The notes under the pieces: generated by a model
Database searches by the model: none
Told to the model about the DNA's origin: nothing
The model's input: the letters and a program-made list of their open reading frames with translations, nothing else
Position numbers and translations under genes: made by a program
Part shown: one piece after another, positions 9,308-18,323 of the stretch
How the letters are laid out: every line of letters starts with the position of its first letter
Position numbering within the stretch: the stretch's first letter is position 1
Sequence record: NC_041973.1
DNA length: 64,000 nt
Reading direction: 5' to 3' (one strand)

Positions 9308-10078
9308 ATGGCTGGTCCACAGCGTCAATTTAAAGCTCGTGAAAAATCTTACTTGAGCGAGTACTCGATGAACCTTCAGGGCCCGGTGCAAGCTGGCGCT
9401 CAGTTCCCTGCTGAATTCCGCATGGCCTTTGCAGCCAACAAAGTGGCCATTCAGGTTGAAACCAAAAACCGCGATAACAAAAATAACGGTCGCTTTGAAA
9501 TCGTTGTTCCTTATCTGGGCGCTATCGGTGTGCTGAATACGATCGACAAGCTTATTCAGGACAAAGCACGCAGTAAGCTGCAATACAAAGTGAAAGACTT
9601 CGTTTACTTCGGTAAAGGTAACAAGTCTGACTCACCAATGATCAAAGGCACCCTGACTGTAGGGCGTGATAACGAAGGCTGTCTCTATATCGGCATGTCC
9701 GGTAAAGACATCACCCCAATCAAATTCATCTTCGCCCTGCCGGCGCATGATGAACTGTGCGATGACTCAGGTCAGCGTCTGGGTGATGCTGAGCACTCTG
9801 AGTTTGCTGCGAAGAACTTCGTGGTCGGTTACCTGGGTCTGCTGCCAGTGGTGATGGGTATTCACTATACCCCACCTGAACCGAAGAACCCAGATGGCGG
9901 TAATGGCGGTGGCGGTGGTCAAGGCGGTGGCGGCTGGGGCGGTAATGGCGGCGGGAACCGTGGCGGTGGTAATGGCGGGGGAAACCAGTACGGCCAAGGC
10001 GGCAATCAGGGCGGCGGGAACGCCTCTGGTTCTGGTAGCAGCGGCGGCGGTGACTTCGCAGATGACCTGCCTTTCTAA
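9308..10078 (+). CDS. chmC: ChmC-like (phiKZ gp67-like) nucleic-acid-binding protein with Gly/Asn-rich tail ending DFADDLPF
   Basis: Sits immediately upstream of the gp68-gp69 homologs. Folded domain of about 195 aa plus a G/N/Q tail of about 55 aa. AAGGAG SD. Confidence 0.65.
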   Translation: MAGPQRQFKAREKSYLSEYSMNLQGPVQAGAQFPAEFRMAFAANKVAIQVETKNRDNKNNGRFEIVVPYLGAIGVLNTIDKLIQDKARSKLQYKVKDFVYFGKGNKSDSPMIKGTLTVGRDNEGCLYIGMSGKDITPIKFIFALPAHDELCDDSGQRLGDAEHSEFAAKNFVVGYLGLLPVVMGIHYTPPEPKNPDGGNGGGGGQGGGGWGGNGGGNRGGGNGGGNQYGQGGNQGGGNASGSGSSGGGDFADDLPF

Positions 10079-10130
10079 ATAGACAGGACGATGAATTCAG
10101 CATAAGTCATTGTCTGGGTTCATCCACAAC

Positions 10131-10161
10131 AGAGGAGGGTGAAAACCCTCCTCTTGTGCCG
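10131..10161 (+). terminator. hairpin plus TTGTGCCG (variant of TTATGCCG)
   Basis: AGAGGAGGGT-GAAA-ACCCTCCTCT then TGTGCCG. Confidence 0.65.
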
Positions 10162-10479
10162 TCCACGGACTGGGCTATAGCTCACGCTTACTCCCCAGGG
10201 TATGGGCGATTCAAACGCCGACATTTCAGGAAGAATACGCGCAAGCGACCCCCACGGCCATGTAAGAATAAAAGTAAGTTGATGAAGGTGGCTCAGAGTA
10301 AGTTGGGTTATGCGATCATGACAGGCAGGGTAATCAGGCAGGCAGTATGTGATGAGTGTGAGGCGGATGAACGTATCGAGCCTTTGCAAGTCAATTATGC
10401 TAAGCCGTATATCGTGCTGTGGCTTTGTCCACGTTGTCATGCTGACTGGTACCTGACAAATGAGCCGGCGTACAGCTGA
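10156..10479 (+). CDS. HNH-like zinc-binding protein, catalytic His apparently lost (start uncertain)
   Basis: CDEC...NYAKPYIVLWLCPRCH. The GTG start lies inside the terminator tail, so the real start may be ATG 10282. Confidence 0.5.
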   Translation: MPSTDWAIAHAYSPGYGRFKRRHFRKNTRKRPPRPCKNKSKLMKVAQSKLGYAIMTGRVIRQAVCDECEADERIEPLQVNYAKPYIVLWLCPRCHADWYLTNEPAYS

Positions 10480-10510
10480 GGGTTTCGGCCCTCCTTTATG
10501 ATACCAAGAG

Positions 10511-10909
10511 GTGACAATGTTTGAAGAACCGACACATGTTCGTTATGCATTGGTAACCCGCCCTCAACACGATGAGAAGGTAACACTGACACCCTGTGAT
10601 AATCTGATCGAAGCGGTACACAAACAAGACCGTTACGATTCGATTGCTTCTGTGGTGATCTGTGATGACTTCAAAGCGCAGGCGGTGGATGTCCGGTTAC
10701 ACTTTATCACGGGTCCGGATGACTCGGCGTACCGTGCAAAGGAAATGTTACTGGCTTCTTTTATACGCCAGAACAATGGTTGGATTCCCCGTCATGTTAC
10801 GGGCTGTATGATAGACGCTTTTGATGACGAGACCCTTACCTTCATCCAAAGCCTACTATCTTTCTTTGATTCACACAGAACCAATTTTGCTCGTTCGCTT
10901 GCTTCGTAA
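10511..10909 (+). CDS. hypothetical protein
   Basis: AGAG/GAGG SD, 132 aa. Confidence 0.65.
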   Translation: MTMFEEPTHVRYALVTRPQHDEKVTLTPCDNLIEAVHKQDRYDSIASVVICDDFKAQAVDVRLHFITGPDDSAYRAKEMLLASFIRQNNGWIPRHVTGCMIDAFDDETLTFIQSLLSFFDSHRTNFARSLAS

Positions 10910-10917
10910 TTTTTATT

Positions 10918-10953
10918 GCTGGATGCGGTAAACCCGCTCCAGCCCTTATGCCG
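10918..10953 (+). terminator. hairpin plus TTATGCCG
   Basis: GCTGGA..GCGG/CCGC..TCCAGC then CCTTATGCCG. Confidence 0.65.
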
Positions 10954-11014
10954 CCTGTAATATCGTACATTATTCTACTATCTATTAGAGGAACAAATAA
11001 TCTTAAATATTTAC

Positions 11015-11028
11015 AAGCCTACATTATC
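11015..11028 (+). promoter_or_regulatory. class II candidate promoter AAnCCTAyATTAT
   Basis: AAGCCTACATTATC. Copies at 16156 and 35008. Resembles the phiKZ early consensus TATATTAC. Confidence 0.55.
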
Positions 11029-11086
11029 AACATGTCATAGCAGTATGTGATTTAACCTACCGTGTGATCACCGGGAGCAGCCACCA

Positions 11087-12631
11087 ATGATGTTTAAGTA
11101 CACCACCAAATCGACCTCTGAGAAGGTATGGTTAAACACAATCATAGTTGTCAGTCGTCATGGCGAAGAGATTGTGTTTAACGAAAACAACTTCTTCAAG
11201 TCGGAAGAGAAGGACCACAAAGGAACCTTCGACGAACTGAATCTCTATCTCTTGCGTTGCCTGAGTAACGAGCAACGTGACCGGATGTTTGAGTTCTATA
11301 AGCAAATCAGCTATATCCTGAAAACGGAACTGTCGGTCACGAAGGTCCTTCTGCCAAAGTTGCAGCCTTTGGTTAAAGGGATCTACGACCTGGTTAGCTT
11401 AAGCGACCTGAACGTCTTCATGTATGAAAACAAACTGACGCACATTCCGAACAGCGTACTGGATACCATCCCGTCCTCGAAAGAGTACCCGACGATGACC
11501 ACGTATGTGAAAGCGGATTACGTTAAGCTGGTTAACCTGTCGGTGTTGTTGCATCTGATGGCGCCGATCATCGCGGACTATGTCAGCAAGGTCAGTGAGT
11601 CAACCGGCAAGCAGTTTAAAGAACACGCCGCCTTACCGTTACTGGAATACACCAACATCATGTATTCTGATGAGATGGTCAAGCTGCGTAACTTCGTGAC
11701 CGCCAACTGCAGTAAAAAGCCGGTGCCGTTATCAGCCACCTTAGAAGGGATGTCAGAAGAGTCGTTCCCGGATTGGATGCTGGCGTCGGTCATTGCACGT
11801 AAGCTGTGTATCAACCATGTACGGCGTGGGGATGAGAACGGACACCTGGTCGCTGCGGTGTTTGCCTACATCAACTACAACATCAAACTGGATGGTAAGT
11901 TTGGTGGCGGAGTCATGCCAAAGAAAGAGCGTCGGGGTCTGGGAGAAGATGAACGCGAGAAAGCGGTCATTGATAACTGGAAGATGAAAGAGGATGTGGA
12001 CAAGATCGATATCTTAGCCTGTGCTGTTGGCTTTGATGATCCGGTTGCTGCTGCCAAATTCATTGAGCCTGACATCGATCCAAACATGGTGATCCGTTGC
12101 CTGAATGCGATTCCACAAGCCTGGAACTTCAGCATGACTCGTCATCAGAGCATTCTGTTGCAGTGGGTAGTGGGTGAGCTTCTGCCGCATATCGGTGATA
12201 CGTATGTGCCGCCGTTGACCGTTGAGTATTACGATTACGATGTCTGCGTGAAGTTGGTCGGGATTGCACAAGCGGTACTGTGGCATCGGGGTTATCCGAA
12301 GCTTGCAGTGTTTGCTGCGACTTATCCGTCTGAAGTGGATGCCGGCGGGATGCCGAATGCCGTGATGCCATTAGAACTGAAAGTGATGGCAGAGCTGGAA
12401 GCGTATTACGGTAATGTGCGTCTGGGTAAACGTCAGGACAGCAGCGATGGCTTGGTGCATAAAACCATCAACACCATGGTTACCTCATTGTTAGAAGATG
12501 ATTATCAGGTCGTAGGCCCTGATGAATTGTTAGCGTTATCTGGGGTGGTAGATTTCGAACGTCGAATCGTCATTCCTGAAAGCCTATATTACGATATTGC
12601 TGGCTACATTCGTTTCTTAGCCACTCGTTAA
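11087..12631 (+). CDS. non-virion RNA polymerase accessory subunit (phiKZ gp68-like)
   Basis: 514 aa, in the conserved gp67-68-69-70-71/73-74-75 order. Confidence 0.7.
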   Translation: MMFKYTTKSTSEKVWLNTIIVVSRHGEEIVFNENNFFKSEEKDHKGTFDELNLYLLRCLSNEQRDRMFEFYKQISYILKTELSVTKVLLPKLQPLVKGIYDLVSLSDLNVFMYENKLTHIPNSVLDTIPSSKEYPTMTTYVKADYVKLVNLSVLLHLMAPIIADYVSKVSESTGKQFKEHAALPLLEYTNIMYSDEMVKLRNFVTANCSKKPVPLSATLEGMSEESFPDWMLASVIARKLCINHVRRGDENGHLVAAVFAYINYNIKLDGKFGGGVMPKKERRGLGEDEREKAVIDNWKMKEDVDKIDILACAVGFDDPVAAAKFIEPDIDPNMVIRCLNAIPQAWNFSMTRHQSILLQWVVGELLPHIGDTYVPPLTVEYYDYDVCVKLVGIAQAVLWHRGYPKLAVFAATYPSEVDAGGMPNAVMPLELKVMAELEAYYGNVRLGKRQDSSDGLVHKTINTMVTSLLEDDYQVVGPDELLALSGVVDFERRIVIPESLYYDIAGYIRFLATR

Positions 12632-12666
12632 CTTAATTTAATCTACACCGTTAGGAGTCACCCAAG

Positions 12667-14184
12667 ATGTTACCTACCCAAAACATTCAGTTCGAAGGCT
12701 ATGTTGAGAAAGCTGCTATCTGCCGTACACCAGCTTATCAGGACATGTACCGTCGACCGTACAGCATGAATATCAGTCAGGACACCGCATCCGTTATTGG
12801 TAACATGAGTGCCGGTGTGGATTATTCTCGTGAGCGTTTAGCGCCGATTGCCGCATCGGTCATTGCGCCACAGACTTACGTTGAATCGGTTTGTAACGTA
12901 CCAGAGGGCTGGGGTTCTGAGCGTTGTCTCTTCATTCTGAAGATCGTTCACGGTCGTCCGGGTGACCAGGGTCTGAACAAACGTGTGCAGTATCTGACCG
13001 GCTACACCAGTCACATGGGCATGATGCCAAGTCAGATGCGTGCGAATGATGTTGTTGTTGATGACAACATGCGTCTGTTCTTTAACACCAGTATGCTGTT
13101 TAACGAAACCAGCCATATCGATGGCTATGGTCGTAAGCTCGTCACCGCCATGCCGTTGATGGCAAGTCAGTTGGTAATGGGTCAGCACGGCGGGGTGCAT
13201 GGTCATAACGATCGTACGTTGCGTCCTGAAGATGTTTACTCAGCAATCAATGTTGGGCAACTGATTCAGCAGAACAACCAGTATGATCAAAGCCGTGGTA
13301 CCAATGGTCCGATTGGTCAGCTGTATGATGGTCGTACTGCTTTCCAACCTGGTCAGCCGTATAAGCTTTCTCAGCTGAATAACCTGGTGCCTTCAAACTA
13401 CCTCAGTAAAGTGCTGACCGGTGCAGCCACCGAACAGCTGACCTTAGGTGGTCAACGTGCAAACCCAGCGGATACCAGCAATCAGATCGCAACTGGCCTG
13501 AACGAAGGTTATCTGTCTAACGACCTGACCCTACAGCACATCCTGGATCGCACTGGTCTGCGTGAAAACTGCTCAATCACATTTGGTGAATTGCGTCGTA
13601 TTCTGCCGAACATTGATGCACCGGGTATTTTGACCAAAGCGGGTATGGAAGGTGTCGGTACTGGTCAGGTTGCCGGTGCAGTAGGTGGTGCTGGTTCTGA
13701 ACATCATCAGGGTTCGAACTATGAAACCGTGATTGCCAACATGCTGAACAATGTGACCACTGCACTGATGATGGATCTGATGATCGGCGAGATTCATTGT
13801 AATGGCGGTAACATGACCGTAGCCGATGTGGCGACTGGTACAATGAGCGGTCAGTTCCTGTTGAACACGCCGTACGCAACTTCCTTCGTGGACGGTCGTG
13901 ATGCGGTGGCGTTGTGTGAATCGTTTAAGCTGCGTCTGGTGCGTGAGTTCCTGTCAAGCTTTACCGGCCACAACCACGTGCCAATCGGTTTTGCAATCCA
14001 TGCAAGTCTGATGGCCGAAACGGTTATTGATGTCTCTTACAATAACCAACCGAAGATTCGCTTCGTGTTCCCGGTCTTTGCGAACGCGTCCTATACCCCG
14101 ATTATCACTGGCGATCAGAACACTCTGAACTCCATTGCCGTACACACACGTGAACTGGTCCAGCAGCTGACCAACGTCTTTTAA
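12667..14184 (+). CDS. picA: phage nucleus import factor PicA/Imp1-like (phiKZ gp69-like)
   Basis: 505 aa, directly downstream of the gp68 homolog, AGGAG SD. Assigned by synteny and size. Confidence 0.65.
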   Translation: MLPTQNIQFEGYVEKAAICRTPAYQDMYRRPYSMNISQDTASVIGNMSAGVDYSRERLAPIAASVIAPQTYVESVCNVPEGWGSERCLFILKIVHGRPGDQGLNKRVQYLTGYTSHMGMMPSQMRANDVVVDDNMRLFFNTSMLFNETSHIDGYGRKLVTAMPLMASQLVMGQHGGVHGHNDRTLRPEDVYSAINVGQLIQQNNQYDQSRGTNGPIGQLYDGRTAFQPGQPYKLSQLNNLVPSNYLSKVLTGAATEQLTLGGQRANPADTSNQIATGLNEGYLSNDLTLQHILDRTGLRENCSITFGELRRILPNIDAPGILTKAGMEGVGTGQVAGAVGGAGSEHHQGSNYETVIANMLNNVTTALMMDLMIGEIHCNGGNMTVADVATGTMSGQFLLNTPYATSFVDGRDAVALCESFKLRLVREFLSSFTGHNHVPIGFAIHASLMAETVIDVSYNNQPKIRFVFPVFANASYTPIITGDQNTLNSIAVHTRELVQQLTNVF

Positions 14185-14198
14185 GGAAAAGATAAACC

Positions 14199-15743
14199 AT
14201 GACAACTCCACTTATTAACTATTACACGGGCTTCCTGGAATCGACGGGCGCTGTGATTGATCAGTCCACCGGTGTGGTGAGCTATGAACGTTCCACCGGT
14301 TTAAAGCCGGTGTTAATCGATGGCAAAGAGCTGATCCTACCCATCCGTGCGTTTCAGGATAAGCCGGACTGGACGCGTTATGTACCATTCCATCCGCTGT
14401 CTGAATCGATTGCTCGTGGTGAATCGGAAGTGCTGCAGAAAGCCAAAGAGCTGATCAGTCTGAAGCTGTTCCTGAAATATGCGGAACTGTCTGAAGCGCT
14501 GCTGATGCTGGCAGTGAACTCTGAATCGCAGGCGAAGCTCACCCCTACCCAGATGAAGTTCCTGGAAGGGCTGGGTGATGCGGATGAGAAAACGGTTGAG
14601 AACTTCTCAAAGATCCTGGCGAAATCCAAAGCGACCTTTGAAGGTGGTGAGAACCGTTGTCTGGTGTCGTTGTTCCTGAAACGTGGCGGTACACTCAACG
14701 GGCAGAAGTTTGCCCGTCTGTGTGTTGTAGCGTTCCCGTACTACGAAGCGCTGTGTAAGATCGAAAACGAACCTGCGGATAAGCGCGTGGTGTTTGGTGT
14801 GCCATTGCGTGCCAAAGACATCAAAGTGCTGAAGCGTCTGCATGAAGTGATCGTACCGAACAGCGATGACGGGATCTACTCGATCGGGACTAACGTACAG
14901 ACTGCGCCGTACTGGGGTGCATTGATGATGACTTACGTCAACATCCTGAACCAGTTCAACAGCGTAATCAAACCGTTCTCGAAAGTGATCAAATCGCTGA
15001 AGGCGGTTGATACCTCGTGGGATGTGGGTGATGAGTTGCAACAGTTCCGTGCTGAGATTCCACCGATGCCGTATAATGAAGGTGCAGATTCCAGCAAACC
15101 AGCTGAAACAACCCAGCCTCTGCAGACCCAACAGCAGCCTGTTGCGACGCAGCCACAAACCATCCCACAGCCAACCGGTAATCTGGTACAGCAGCCAGCA
15201 ACCATCCAGCAGGCGCCGAGCTTTAACGGTAATCAGAACCAGTCCAGCACAGTCACCCATCCGCCAGCTCACAACGTTAAACCATCTAACGGTGGCGGTG
15301 TGAACTTCGCTGATGCGATGAACAAGTCGGGCATGGGGATGATGCCACAAATGCAGATGCCAGGGATGATGCCACAGATGTATCCTCAGCAGGGTTACCC
15401 ACAGCAGCAGATGCCAATGTATCCGCAACAGCAAATGTATCCTCAGATGCAGATGCAAATGCCGATGCAGCAGCTTCCAATGCCACCGGTCTCTCAGCCG
15501 CAGGGTCAGCAGCAATTCCCGCAGCAGATGTATTATCAAAATGGTCAGTTGCCAATGCCGCCGGTTAGCCAGCAGCAACAGCAAGGTTACCCACAGCAGG
15601 GCATGTATCCTCAGCAGCAGATGATGCAGCCTCAAATGTACCCGCAGATGCAAATGCCTGGCATGATGCCACAAATGCAGATGCCGGGTATGATGCAGCA
15701 GGGTTACCCGCAACAGCCACAGATGTTCCAGTTCGGGCGTTAA
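14199..15743 (+). CDS. phiKZ gp70-like protein with long Q/P/M/Y low-complexity C-terminus
   Basis: Synteny. The last 140 aa or so are QMQMPGMMPQM, YPQQ and MPPVSQ repeats. Confidence 0.65.
   Translation: MTTPLINYYTGFLESTGAVIDQSTGVVSYERSTGLKPVLIDGKELILPIRAFQDKPDWTRYVPFHPLSESIARGESEVLQKAKELISLKLFLKYAELSEALLMLAVNSESQAKLTPTQMKFLEGLGDADEKTVENFSKILAKSKATFEGGENRCLVSLFLKRGGTLNGQKFARLCVVAFPYYEALCKIENEPADKRVVFGVPLRAKDIKVLKRLHEVIVPNSDDGIYSIGTNVQTAPYWGALMMTYVNILNQFNSVIKPFSKVIKSLKAVDTSWDVGDELQQFRAEIPPMPYNEGADSSKPAETTQPLQTQQQPVATQPQTIPQPTGNLVQQPATIQQAPSFNGNQNQSSTVTHPPAHNVKPSNGGGVNFADAMNKSGMGMMPQMQMPGMMPQMYPQQGYPQQQMPMYPQQQMYPQMQMQMPMQQLPMPPVSQPQGQQQFPQQMYYQNGQLPMPPVSQQQQQGYPQQGMYPQQQMMQPQMYPQMQMPGMMPQMQMPGMMQQGYPQQPQMFQFGR
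15336..15722 (+). repeat. imperfect coding repeats encoding the Q/P/M-rich tail
   Basis: ATGATGCCACAAATGCAGATGCC appears twice (about 15339 and 15664). CAGGGTTACCC and TATCCTCAG recur. Confidence 0.85.
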
Positions 15744-15757
15744 TCTATAAATCTGAT

Positions 15758-15790
15758 CGGCATAAGGAGAGGCTACGGCCTCTCCTCTTT
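15758..15790. terminator. bidirectional terminator with TTATGCCG on the minus strand
   Basis: CGGCATAA-GGAGAGGC-TACG-GCCTCTCC-TCTTT between convergent genes. Confidence 0.8.
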
Positions 15791-15795
15791 CAGAG

Positions 15796-16131
15796 TCATT
15801 TTTTATTTGAGTTGTAGAGATCTCTAATAGATGACAGAAGTGAACTGTTTTCATCTATTAGAAGAATGTCCGTTGTAATGACATCCCATTTAAAGGGATT
15901 CATGATGTTGTTGATTCGCATAGTTAACCAATGCATGTGATAAGGAACGCCGTATTCCAGTAGTAGCATGCGAAAGTCACCACGTTCTTCGTACTGTTCA
16001 AGAGGGGTAGGGGGAGTAAACTTAGTTGCATTCGCCCGAAGCAAATCGAGATGATGCACCAGGACCTGACGAAAGCCGTGATCTTGAAACAGCTTATCGG
16101 TCGGGTGTTTGATTTCGTTGCTGACTCGCAT
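15796..16131 (-). CDS. small LysM-like baseplate-type protein (T4 gp53/P2 gpX-like)
   Basis: GDFRMLL...HWLTMRINNIMNPF resembles the gp53/LysM W-I---N-I-DP signature. It has its own terminator. Confidence 0.5.
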   Translation of the reverse strand: MRVSNEIKHPTDKLFQDHGFRQVLVHHLDLLRANATKFTPPTPLEQYEERGDFRMLLLEYGVPYHMHWLTMRINNIMNPFKWDVITTDILLIDENSSLLSSIRDLYNSNKK

Positions 16132-16155
16132 ATGCGTAAATACCTATACTTGTTT

Positions 16156-16169
16156 AAGCCTATATTATC
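16156..16169 (+). promoter_or_regulatory. class II candidate promoter
   Basis: AAGCCTATATTATC upstream of the nvRNAP beta-C gene. Confidence 0.55.
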
Positions 16170-16201
16170 TCTTGGCAGTTAGGTTGATAAAAGGAATCAT
16201 A

Positions 16202-18313
16202 ATGAGTCATATTACCGAGGCAAGTGAACTCTCTGCAGAGTTGTTAGGCAGTGTGTTATGTTTGAACCCAACCGTACATGGCGATAGCAGCCCACGTTCT
16301 GCTATGTTCGGAGGTCATGCAGGACAGGCCGTGACAATCGAGGGTAGCACGCCACGTATGTTAAAAACCGGGATCGAGTATGAGTACGGTCAACGGACCT
16401 TCAAGATTGAAGCGCCGTGTCAGATGCTCGTGATCGGTGTGATTAACCGTTTCGTCACCAACCACGTTGGTACTGGGGGTGTGAAAGAGAACCCTGAGAA
16501 ATATGTGATCTATCAGAACTTAAGTGTAAATACGCCTACACCGACGTTCGGCATTCTGTGTATTCCGACCTATCACACACGTAACCACGCATTAGGGTTT
16601 AAGTATGTGATGGACAAGAAAGCAATTAACCGTTTGTACAGTGTTGATGGTAAGGCGTATATCGAAAAGGGTGTGATCTTTGCCCGTTCCCCTAACTTAA
16701 CCGAAGGTGGCGATTATAAGTACGGTCGTGAAACCAACGTAGCATTTATGTCATTACCGGAAGTCGAACAGGACGGAATGGTGGTAACAGAAAGCTTCGC
16801 ACAAGCCATGGCCTGTACCAAGATCGAAAGCCGTATCGCACAGTGGGGCGATGATCAGGTGTTGTTGAACCTGTATGGCGACGATGAGAACTACAAAGCG
16901 TTTCCGGATATCGGCGATAAGATTCGTGAAGATGGGATGTTGTTTGCGGTACGTAAGATCATGCCAGGTACTGGCATTGTCAATCTGACCCCAAAAGCCC
17001 TTCGTACTTACGATCCGAACTTCGACTATCCGCAGTATGCTGAAGCCGGTGCCACGGTGGTGAACGTCCAGGTGAACTCGGACCGCATGCGTACAGGACG
17101 TACCGATGTGCAGTTCTATGATAAACAAGCTGAACGGTATGAACGTGCAGCGCGTGAGTTCTCCAAGTCTCTGCGTAAGATCTACGACGACCTCTATCGT
17201 ACGTATGGTCATGGCATGATTCTGGAACCTGAACTCAACCGGATGGTGACGGATGCCATCTCGGATACCGGCGGTATGGATCGCAAGATGAATAATCAAG
17301 GACAGATTATCAGCGTGGACAAAGGCACACAGGTCTATAACAAAGTCCCGATTGGTGACTGGCGTGTGAAGATCACCTTTGTTAAACGGATTGAAGCCGG
17401 CGTGCGCTTTAAGATCACCGATACCCATGGCGGTAAAGGTGTTATCGTAAACGTGATTCCTGACGCCGATGCGCCGACCGATGATTACGGTAACCGGGCG
17501 GATGTGATCATGGATGATGTGTCGATTACCAAACGTATGAACCTGGGCAAGCCAACCGAGCAGTATATCAACGGTGCATCAGTATATGCAGCGAAGATTG
17601 CGCGCCAGATGGCAGCCAGCGGGGATCTGGATGGTGCCTGGAATCACCTCATGAGTTATTACCATGCAGCTGCGTATGAGCAATGGGAAATGATGCAATC
17701 ACCAACGTACCTGGATAACAAACCGAATCGCGATCATCATGTGCGTTGGGTGTGTGATCATGGTATTGAGTTGTTTGCACCAACTGACCGTCGCTACTTC
17801 GGGGCCGAGCAGGTACGGCGTATCATGAAGGAGCATGACTTCCCGGTTACACCCGTGACGTATCGTGCACCCGATGGGCGTATGGTCCGTACGCGTGATC
17901 CGGTGGTGATTGCGCCGATCTATATCATCCTGCTGGAAAAGATGGGCGAATACTGGGCGTCGTGTGCGATTCCAAAACTCACACACTTCGGTACACTCTC
18001 ATCCTTAACACAGGCGGATAAGTTTGCGTTGCCGTGGCGTAACACCCCAACCCGTTTCGGTGAGTCTGAGTTGCGTCTGTTCTTAGCAGCGTGTCGTGGC
18101 TATTATGCGAACCGCCTGCAAAGCATGGCGAACACTCCGGCGATGCAGAAGGAAGCTGCATTGATGTTCTTGCGTCACGATACACCAATGAACATCCCGA
18201 ACGTGATTGATGAAACGAAGACACCACTGGGGCGTGCACGTCCATTGCAGATGTATAAGCATAACCAGGGCTGTCGTGGTATTGAGTTTGAAACAACCGT
18301 GTTAAATAAATAA
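16202..18313 (+). CDS. rpoB: non-virion RNA polymerase beta subunit, C-terminal half (phiKZ gp71-73-like)
   Basis: Beta motifs DSSPRSAM..HAGQAV, KITDTHGGKGVI, KRMNLG and RFGESE. AAGGA SD precedes ATG 16202. No intron. Confidence 0.9.
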   Translation: MSHITEASELSAELLGSVLCLNPTVHGDSSPRSAMFGGHAGQAVTIEGSTPRMLKTGIEYEYGQRTFKIEAPCQMLVIGVINRFVTNHVGTGGVKENPEKYVIYQNLSVNTPTPTFGILCIPTYHTRNHALGFKYVMDKKAINRLYSVDGKAYIEKGVIFARSPNLTEGGDYKYGRETNVAFMSLPEVEQDGMVVTESFAQAMACTKIESRIAQWGDDQVLLNLYGDDENYKAFPDIGDKIREDGMLFAVRKIMPGTGIVNLTPKALRTYDPNFDYPQYAEAGATVVNVQVNSDRMRTGRTDVQFYDKQAERYERAAREFSKSLRKIYDDLYRTYGHGMILEPELNRMVTDAISDTGGMDRKMNNQGQIISVDKGTQVYNKVPIGDWRVKITFVKRIEAGVRFKITDTHGGKGVIVNVIPDADAPTDDYGNRADVIMDDVSITKRMNLGKPTEQYINGASVYAAKIARQMAASGDLDGAWNHLMSYYHAAAYEQWEMMQSPTYLDNKPNRDHHVRWVCDHGIELFAPTDRRYFGAEQVRRIMKEHDFPVTPVTYRAPDGRMVRTRDPVVIAPIYIILLEKMGEYWASCAIPKLTHFGTLSSLTQADKFALPWRNTPTRFGESELRLFLAACRGYYANRLQSMANTPAMQKEAALMFLRHDTPMNIPNVIDETKTPLGRARPLQMYKHNQGCRGIEFETTVLNK

Positions 18314-18323
18314 GGGGTGTGTG

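Noticed and set aside
14607-15854. 415-aa minus-strand ORF rich in H, L and W
   Set aside because: It is the antisense shadow of the Q/M/P repeats in 14199..15743 (CAG and ATG read as CTG and CAT).
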